A stretch of 64,000 nucleotides of DNA from a virus. A program made the position numbers and the translations under genes. Below the pieces are notes generated by a model, which had not been told where the DNA came from, made no database searches, and was given only the letters and a program-made list of their open reading frames with translations. The stretch lies in IMG/VR virus record IMGVR_UViG_3300034121_001395, one strand, 5' to 3'. Position 1 is the first letter of the stretch. Every line of letters starts with the position of its first letter. Positions 57,411 to 64,000 of the stretch are shown piece after piece.

Positions 57411-57924
57411 AGACACACTTGTAGAAGCAGCAACACTCATACTGCAGGGCAAGACTCCGGACGAGTCTCTTCAAGAAGCACAAAGCACAATTGTAAAACG
57501 CCTATTAGCAGAAATTGATAATTTAAATAGAAGTCAGATGCAAGAATTTTTACTTGCATTTGCCGATCACATGGATGAGATGACAAAATATGCATCATCA
57601 CGTGATCAAAAAGGCAATCCAAGAGAAGTCATTAAAAAAATAAGTGATCATCTATATGACGCAGCAAGAGCAGCAAGTGGATTAAAGACTGGAGAAAAGT
57701 ATGGTTATTTTGAAGCTGCTGAGCAAGACGCAGGCGAGTATGACGCTGAAGGCAGCATGGCAAAGACCGCACTCCGCACAATCATTCGCAACGCAAAAGG
57801 ATTGCATGACATGCTAAGCGACGACGAAAATTTACCAGAGCACGTTCAAGCAAATCTCGTAAAGGCAGAAGAGTATGTTGTCAGTGCTCGTGACTATATT
57901 GAGAGCACAAAGGAAGCAGAATAA
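57403..57924 (+). CDS. Leader-family protein 3
   Basis: MHKDTLVEAATLILQGKTPDESLQEA; C-terminal EYDAEGSMAK..LPEHVQ module. Confidence 0.7.
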   Translation: MHKDTLVEAATLILQGKTPDESLQEAQSTIVKRLLAEIDNLNRSQMQEFLLAFADHMDEMTKYASSRDQKGNPREVIKKISDHLYDAARAASGLKTGEKYGYFEAAEQDAGEYDAEGSMAKTALRTIIRNAKGLHDMLSDDENLPEHVQANLVKAEEYVVSARDYIESTKEAE

Positions 57925-57933
57925 ATAAGACAT

Positions 57934-58377
57934 ATGAATAATTTTCATTACAACCAAGACCCGTTGTATGCCGCTGCAGCAAAGATACTCGGCAGAGAAT
58001 CATTAACAGAAGATGCATCGCATGCGTCTGCCCTTAAAGAACTTAAAGCTTCTAAGGGCGCTGCAATGTTAAAGTCAAAAAATAATCGGATCTTTGGTAA
58101 AAATGGTGGATTCTCTGCAGCTCAAGAAGACGCTGACACAATTGCTATTATGATTTTCAAGCAGTCGAACAAAGGATGGATTACCAAGACTACATTCTAT
58201 ACAATTGAAAAAGAAGATGGTGAAAGTTATTTTAATGTCTACAGTCAAGACGTGACACACATCGCAAATCCAAAGACGTCTGCTGAAAAGGTCTATGAGA
58301 TTGCAAAGGAACACAGCGACAACAAATACTATTTTAAAACCTTCGATCAAAAATTAGAAATTGACGAACTAAACTAA
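57934..58377 (+). CDS. Leader-family protein 4
   Basis: MNNFHYNQDPLYAAAAKILGRESLTED. Confidence 0.7.
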   Translation: MNNFHYNQDPLYAAAAKILGRESLTEDASHASALKELKASKGAAMLKSKNNRIFGKNGGFSAAQEDADTIAIMIFKQSNKGWITKTTFYTIEKEDGESYFNVYSQDVTHIANPKTSAEKVYEIAKEHSDNKYYFKTFDQKLEIDELN

Positions 58378-58395
58378 ATATAAATATATTAACAC

Positions 58396-60492
58396 ATGAA
58401 TAACTTCCACTATCACCAAGACCCGATGTATGCTGCAGCTGCAGCAATTCTAACTGGCAAAACTCAACTGCAAGAGTCTGATACTCTTGACGAAGCAATT
58501 GATTGGAACCTTATCCAATCAATGTATGTAAAAGACATTATTGATATTGTAGCAGCATTAGTAATTGGAGGAGGAATTGGTGTAGCTGCTATATTTGGTG
58601 GCGCAATAAAAAGATATCTTTCAGATAAAGCAGACGAAAGAGACGCAAAGGAGTCTGCACAATTCTTAAAGAGCACACTCGATAAAATCTTAAAGGACAG
58701 CAAATCAAAAGAGCTTATTTCACAAATTAAATCTTTTCCTTATTCATCAAAATCTACAGAAGAAGCTAAAAAGAATAATGAAGAGCGTAAAAAGCTAGTT
58801 AGAGCTTATAGTGCACGTCTCAAAACATTATTAAGCGATGATGAGTATGCATTGATAAATGACATCTATAACAATACCATTCGTGAAAGCGCTGATACTC
58901 TCGAAGAAGGCGTAGAAGACGTCAAGACAATCATTGACACTCTAAAGGTTGGCGACACTACAAACTTTGGCAAGGTGTTAGAGATTGGTCCTAACAGCAT
59001 TACATTCAAGGCAAAAGATCTTCCAAAGACAACAATCGCGTTTAACCAACGCAAGATGGGCAGCTCAGAATTTTTACTTCTTAAAACAATCAAACTAAAG
59101 GAAGAGACTGAACTTGAAGAAGAGGACGTTGCTGAAGCATACAAGCCATTACGCAAGCCAGCCGACCTCATCGACGAATTACAAAGCATAGTCGACGCCC
59201 CAGATTCAAAACTTTGGGACGTCACTAGCGTGTCTATTCGTTTAAGTCATGAAGATATTTTTGATCGTTTTCCAAAGATTTATGACTATGTTGAAGACAT
59301 GTGGTTTGAAATTATGCAACCAAATGGCGCTAAAAAGACAAAAGAAATTGCTAAAAAAGCAATTGAAGCAGTGCGCAAATATTATCCAGACCTCAACAAA
59401 TCTCAGAAAAGCAATCCAGTCTATAAAGAAGAAGAGAGCACTGAAGAAGAAACCCTTGATGAAGCAATCAACTGGCTTGGTGACTATCTCACAACTTCTG
59501 AAAAGAGTCAGTTTGGCGGATATCGTCCGACTATACTTGATAAGAAAACTAAAAGGGTTATATACCAAAGTGCAGTCAGATACAATGTGCCTCAAGAGGC
59601 AAAGGATCACGCTGAAGAATATCTCAAGCAAAAGGCAAAGGGCATCAAAGAGCCAAAACTTCCTCATGTCGGTACATACAAAGAAGAGTCTGATTGCTCT
59701 GATGAAAAGATGAATGAAGCCACTCCAGCAGATGCCGCACTCAAGCGCCGCAAACAGATTGATATGGCCCGAGTAAATGCTGGCGTTATGAGTCGTGATG
59801 ACTACAACAAAAAGTATAAACTTGGTAAATATCGTCCAGCTGGCAGCAAATTGTCTGGTCCAGGTGGTCTCTATAAAAACCTTGTTAAGGAGGAAGAGAC
59901 CCTCGAAGAAGCTGTTCCAACACCAGCAATACAAAAGCTTATTGCCAAGATTGATGAAATGAGCCCTAAAGACTATCTACTTTTCTTACAAGCACTCGCA
60001 GACAATGCACAAGGCATCTCTAATATGAGCCGTCCAGTAAATGCTCTTGGAATGCCAGATAAAAATACAAGTGGTGCATCAAATGCAAAGGCGTGGGCAG
60101 CAGTAGCTGATCATATTTCTGCAGCAGCTGATGCCTATGCAAAGCGTCCAGTTCGTATGGAAGACACCGAAGTGCAAGGTGAGACACTCGAAGAAGCTGC
60201 TAACATCAAACCAGTGCAAGGAAAATATATCTTCTTTATTCAAGACCGCGAACTCTATCAACTCGACCCATATAAACTGCTTGCAAAGACTGATTTTGAT
60301 CGAATCTCTAGCAGCAAACTTATGTCACACATGAAATTAGGCAGCGAGTGGAAAGCAGTATCAGTTGCATGGGGAACAGATCTTCTTGAGATTGGTGCAC
60401 TCGAATCTCCAAAAGATATATCTGATGCAGAGCAATGGTATGTCGTGCCCCATCTATACGACAAAGTCACACATCTTGCATTGATACACTAA
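58396..60492 (+). CDS. Leader-family polyprotein-like protein (698 aa)
   Basis: MNNFHYHQDPMYAAAAAILTGK; seven acidic linkers ending TLDEA, TLEEG, VAEA, MNEA or TLEEA. Confidence 0.75.
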   Translation: MNNFHYHQDPMYAAAAAILTGKTQLQESDTLDEAIDWNLIQSMYVKDIIDIVAALVIGGGIGVAAIFGGAIKRYLSDKADERDAKESAQFLKSTLDKILKDSKSKELISQIKSFPYSSKSTEEAKKNNEERKKLVRAYSARLKTLLSDDEYALINDIYNNTIRESADTLEEGVEDVKTIIDTLKVGDTTNFGKVLEIGPNSITFKAKDLPKTTIAFNQRKMGSSEFLLLKTIKLKEETELEEEDVAEAYKPLRKPADLIDELQSIVDAPDSKLWDVTSVSIRLSHEDIFDRFPKIYDYVEDMWFEIMQPNGAKKTKEIAKKAIEAVRKYYPDLNKSQKSNPVYKEEESTEEETLDEAINWLGDYLTTSEKSQFGGYRPTILDKKTKRVIYQSAVRYNVPQEAKDHAEEYLKQKAKGIKEPKLPHVGTYKEESDCSDEKMNEATPADAALKRRKQIDMARVNAGVMSRDDYNKKYKLGKYRPAGSKLSGPGGLYKNLVKEEETLEEAVPTPAIQKLIAKIDEMSPKDYLLFLQALADNAQGISNMSRPVNALGMPDKNTSGASNAKAWAAVADHISAAADAYAKRPVRMEDTEVQGETLEEAANIKPVQGKYIFFIQDRELYQLDPYKLLAKTDFDRISSSKLMSHMKLGSEWKAVSVAWGTDLLEIGALESPKDISDAEQWYVVPHLYDKVTHLALIH

Positions 60493-60513
60493 TACTAATT
60501 AAAAAATAATATA

Positions 60514-60548
60514 GAAAAAGCCACTCGGGTCACTCTGAGTGGCTTTTC
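60514..60548 (+). terminator. Rho-independent terminator
   Basis: GAAAAAGCCACTCGG-loop-CTGAGTGGCTTTTC. Confidence 0.75.
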
Positions 60549-60627
60549 TCGTATATATAACTCTATAGAGGACGCGGTTGTCTTCTATACTTAACACACA
60601 CAAACACACACAAACACACACAATAAA

Positions 60628-60846
60628 ATGAATAAAAACGCATACGAAATACGACTAGAGGTATTACAACTCGCTCATGGCGATATTATGACGCAATATC
60701 ATGAGGCATTAAATTGTCAAAAAGAGACGATTTATCAGGACGGACAGGAAACATCAGACTTGTCTACTGTAGATGTCACACTACCAGCTGTATCTAAGGT
60801 TATCGAAAGAGCAGAAGAACTCTATGCATTTGTGCACGGAGCATAA
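60628..60846 (+). CDS. Conserved small myophage protein
   Basis: KNAYEIRLEVLQLA..VIERAEELYAFV; preceded by (ACACACACAA)3. Confidence 0.7.
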   Translation: MNKNAYEIRLEVLQLAHGDIMTQYHEALNCQKETIYQDGQETSDLSTVDVTLPAVSKVIERAEELYAFVHGA

Positions 60847-60929
60847 AGGTTAATAGCGAGTAGCCAGTGTTGTATTGCGCTGGCTACTTTTTTGTTTACA
60901 TATTAAAAAATATTGTATATAATAACGAC

Positions 60930-61184
60930 ATGAAAATCAAGGATAAAAACGGTGTTCAGTGTGAGCTTGATGATTTTACAGTTCTTCAAATTACTCTCAA
61001 TAAACTTCGTAAAGTATATGACTGGCAGTCAAATTACTATATTGACACTGCTAGCAACAAGGTGTTAAAGACGGAAACCTTTCACACCACTCATAGTTGG
61101 GACACCACAAGCGAAGTGCGTGATGCAACAGTTGATGATTATCGCTTTTCTGCAGTTTTTGCTAAATTAGTTTGTGGGAGATAG
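60930..61184 (+). CDS. Hypothetical early protein
   Basis: After GTTTAC-N18-TATAAT (60894-60923). Confidence 0.55.
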   Translation: MKIKDKNGVQCELDDFTVLQITLNKLRKVYDWQSNYYIDTASNKVLKTETFHTTHSWDTTSEVRDATVDDYRFSAVFAKLVCGR

Positions 61185-61979
61185 CTTATGTTTTGTAATT
61201 GGCACTCGATAGAGCCAGTGTACTGAGTCACTAAATCCTGAGCCCCAATGATGCACACTAAACTGATGTATATGTCGTGCTCGTGATAGGATAAAAAAAT
61301 CTACTAGTGTGTCAAGCGCAGAATCATTTTCAAGTGCCATATGACTTGGAACCGTAGAAGTGCATCTCAAACCATATTTTTCTGCTAAGATGCGCTTACA
61401 TTCAGCTGAGTCTGACATTATTATGCATGGACGACCCGTTGATTCTTTTATATTTTTTATGACATACAAACTATCAATAAGCTGTTCCATTGTATAGTCA
61501 ACAGTGTCTCCTATTTGGGTACCAAATGAAAGTATGTCACCGACGCGAACGTGAATAACTTCATAATCTGTCAGCGAATCTAATGCAGCAACTATTGCAC
61601 GTTCGCACTCTTCAGTTGGTTGCAAATATTTTCTAACAGACTCTACTATTCGCCTTGGTAGTTTAAATACTGGCCATACATTTGTGTAAATATGTAAATT
61701 ATCCCGCCGTAAATTTTTTAGATTTATTTGATTTTTAAGATTGGTTTGTAGTGCCCGTAGAGTGGCATTTTGAATGTCTTGTAAATCTAAAATTTTATTT
61801 GTATTTGGAGGTGTAACCGAACATTGATTTTGTAAATATTGACCAATTGGGTGCTGCCTAAAATCAATTTCAAATGGTATACTATATTCCACGCATAGTT
61901 GATTTGCCGCGATTGACCCTCGTATAAAATCACCCAATCCCATCCCCCTTTCTTTTGCAAAGTATGTGTGTATGAGCAT
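61167..61979 (-). CDS. Fucosyltransferase-like glycosyltransferase (NodZ/GT11-like)
   Basis: GLGDFIRG, VIHVRVGD, IMSDS, LVDFFILSRA and GSGFS. Confidence 0.7.
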   Translation of the reverse strand: MLIHTYFAKERGMGLGDFIRGSIAANQLCVEYSIPFEIDFRQHPIGQYLQNQCSVTPPNTNKILDLQDIQNATLRALQTNLKNQINLKNLRRDNLHIYTNVWPVFKLPRRIVESVRKYLQPTEECERAIVAALDSLTDYEVIHVRVGDILSFGTQIGDTVDYTMEQLIDSLYVIKNIKESTGRPCIIMSDSAECKRILAEKYGLRCTSTVPSHMALENDSALDTLVDFFILSRARHIHQFSVHHWGSGFSDSVHWLYRVPITKHKLSPTN

Positions 61980-62005
61980 GTTATTATTTATTATAAATAA
62001 AATAT

Positions 62006-62662
62006 ATGAAAATAACGCGTGAAAACATTGCGATTTTAGAGAATGATACTCATATATCACGTTGGGTTGAAGAAAGTGGCCGCCTCGATCATGATCGCTA
62101 CGCGTTGCCAATCATTTTAGAACACATACAACCTGGTTATACAGTTGTTGATGCTGGCGCATTTATAGGCGACCACACACTTGCATATTGTGATGCAGTT
62201 GGTAAAAATGGAGACGTTTATGCGTTTGAACCTAATCCTGCAGCCTTTGAATGTTTACAATATAATTGTGGTTCAGCAAAATTATTTAATTGCGGACTAT
62301 CAAATTGTGACGAAGAAGTAAACTATTCAGTAGATAATAATGCCGGAGCTGGCCGAATATCACAACAGTCTGGTGATGGTTCATTTTGCATAAAAACTAT
62401 AACATTAGACTCACTAAACCTACCTGCTCTTGATTTTTTTAAGCTTGACATAGAAGGTTATGAACTCAATGCTTTAGAAGGAGCAAAAGAAACAATTTCA
62501 AAATATCGTCCAGTTTTTTGGATTGAAATTAATGTCGGTGCCCTTGCGCAACATGGTAAAACTGCGCATGATATTGAAAACTTTCTGTCTCAATTTGGTT
62601 ATGACATAATACCATTCCCTGAAGTTGGTGAACAATATGACATACTTTGCATACCGCAATGA
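62006..62662 (+). CDS. FkbM-family methyltransferase
   Basis: VVDAGAFIG, YAFEPNP and FKLDIEGYE. Confidence 0.9.
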   Translation: MKITRENIAILENDTHISRWVEESGRLDHDRYALPIILEHIQPGYTVVDAGAFIGDHTLAYCDAVGKNGDVYAFEPNPAAFECLQYNCGSAKLFNCGLSNCDEEVNYSVDNNAGAGRISQQSGDGSFCIKTITLDSLNLPALDFFKLDIEGYELNALEGAKETISKYRPVFWIEINVGALAQHGKTAHDIENFLSQFGYDIIPFPEVGEQYDILCIPQ

Positions 62663-63342
62663 AAACTGATATACTCATACGTTCGTATCGCAATGACTTT
62701 AAATGGTTGTGGCATTCTTTAAAAAGTATACATAAATATGGTAAAGAGTTTGAAACTCTTCATCTTGTAGTCCCAGAATCTGATGTTCAACTGCTCGCTC
62801 ACCTTACAGCAGAGAATGTACATGGCACAGTTGATCAATGTGATGGCTATCTTGCGCAACAGATTACTAAATTACATGCAGACACGTGGTGTTTATCTGA
62901 CTATATTCTTCATGTTGATAGTGACTGTATTTTTTATAAAGATTTTTCACCAACTTGTTTTTTTAAAGATAACAAACCTATTATGCTTCGCGAAGAATGT
63001 TCTAATAGTCCATGGAATGCGATCTCTGAAAAGACTCTTGGTTGGTATGATAGTTATGAATATATGAGAAGACATCCAATTATATATCCACGATGGATAT
63101 ATAACGAGTTTAGAGCATGGATAATGAAAAAACATAGTTGCAGCCTTGAACAATGGATATGCCAACAACAGCGTAATGAATTTAGTGAGTTTAATACTCT
63201 TGGTCAATGGGCGCATAAAGTTTATCCTGAAGCATTTTCATGGTGTCACCCAAGCGAAATTCCAGAATATTGTAAGCAATATTGGTCATGGGGAGGATTG
63301 CAAGATGATATAATCAAAGACATTGAAACATTACTGGCATGA
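62659..63342 (+). CDS. GT-A glycosyltransferase-like protein (DUF6492-like)
   Basis: GYLAQQITKL, HVDSD (DxD) and FSEFNTLG. Confidence 0.7.
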   Translation: MKTDILIRSYRNDFKWLWHSLKSIHKYGKEFETLHLVVPESDVQLLAHLTAENVHGTVDQCDGYLAQQITKLHADTWCLSDYILHVDSDCIFYKDFSPTCFFKDNKPIMLREECSNSPWNAISEKTLGWYDSYEYMRRHPIIYPRWIYNEFRAWIMKKHSCSLEQWICQQQRNEFSEFNTLGQWAHKVYPEAFSWCHPSEIPEYCKQYWSWGGLQDDIIKDIETLLA

Positions 63343-63992
63343 AAGTTTTGCTTTTAACAGTTTGTTCGGCTCGTCATCAAAACTTTACTGAAAAGCTTTA
63401 TAATGAAATTTTGTTACATTGCAAACATGAATGTAAGATTGCATATCTTGATAATAGTTGCGAAGGAGACTTTCAAAGTGAGGCATTTTTTAATGCATGT
63501 TATAATAAAACACACCATATTATCACTGAACTTGAGGCTTTGCAATATGGTGATGCACTCATATATCTAGATAGTGATATATGCGTAAGAGGCAACATAG
63601 TAACTACAATGTTAGAAGAACTTGGAGACTCTCATATTGCATTTCAACAAGATAGCAAAAACGCATTATGCGCCGGACTTTTTGTATGTCGGGTATGTCC
63701 TGAAACTATTAACTTTTTTAATAATGTAAAAGAAGCTCTCATTTGTAATAAAGAATATTATGCAGCAAAGGAATGTGACCAAACTGTAATAAATGAGATG
63801 TTACCGCATTCAGGTTTAAAATATATTCCACTTAGTCTCAAATTTACGACATATGGCAATCTAGAACTCGGCCTTTGGAGTCCAGATTCTCCGCATTTTG
63901 TTTTAGATAGTGATGCCTTAGCATTTCATGCAAATTTTACAGTAGGGTTGCATAATAAAACACAATTGTTGAATTTAGTACGATTACAATAG
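63339..63992 (+). CDS. Nucleotide-diphospho-sugar transferase (GT77-like)
   Basis: YLDSDI, LCAGLF, DQTVIN and FHANF..K. Confidence 0.78.
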   Translation: MKVLLLTVCSARHQNFTEKLYNEILLHCKHECKIAYLDNSCEGDFQSEAFFNACYNKTHHIITELEALQYGDALIYLDSDICVRGNIVTTMLEELGDSHIAFQQDSKNALCAGLFVCRVCPETINFFNNVKEALICNKEYYAAKECDQTVINEMLPHSGLKYIPLSLKFTTYGNLELGLWSPDSPHFVLDSDALAFHANFTVGLHNKTQLLNLVRLQ

Positions 63993-64000
63993 TTGTGTAC

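Noticed and set aside
60594-60623. (ACACACACAA)3 microsatellite
   Set aside because: Most likely an unstructured A/C-rich translation leader like others in this genome

Overview
This window is part of a large T4-like (Tevenvirinae/cyanomyophage-like) phage genome, almost all on the + strand. 0.5-4.4 kb and 18.8-25.1 kb hold replication, recombination and base-modification genes: gp43 polymerase, MazG-like NTPase, AEP primase-like protein, gp42-type dCMP hydroxymethylase, beta-glucosyltransferase-like enzyme, UvsX and gp41 helicase. 4.6-18.8 kb holds many small early ORFs behind GT(G/T)TAC-N18-TATAAT promoters. 25-38 kb is a late TATAAATA-driven block of probable head-packaged proteins. 38-45.8 kb encodes NrdB/NrdA, RNase H, an exonuclease, ClpP and a fibre-like protein. 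46-56 kb is an RNA-gene island with about 23 tRNAs (one with a group I intron), two HNH genes fused into tRNA genes and about a dozen unexplained structured RNAs. 56-60.5 kb is a paralogous family with a shared leader, including a 698-aa polyprotein-like ORF, and 61-64 kb is a glycosyltransferase/methyltransferase cluster. The best candidate for an undescribed system is the ncRNA set, which appears to mimic the translation machinery. It includes a mimic of the 23S rRNA L11-binding GTPase centre with a compensated base triple, a tmRNA-like CCA-ended RNA without a reading frame, several aberrant tRNA-like RNAs and ToxI/CptI-like pseudoknot repeats. All calls come from motif recognition and manual base-pairing; no searches or folding programs were run.
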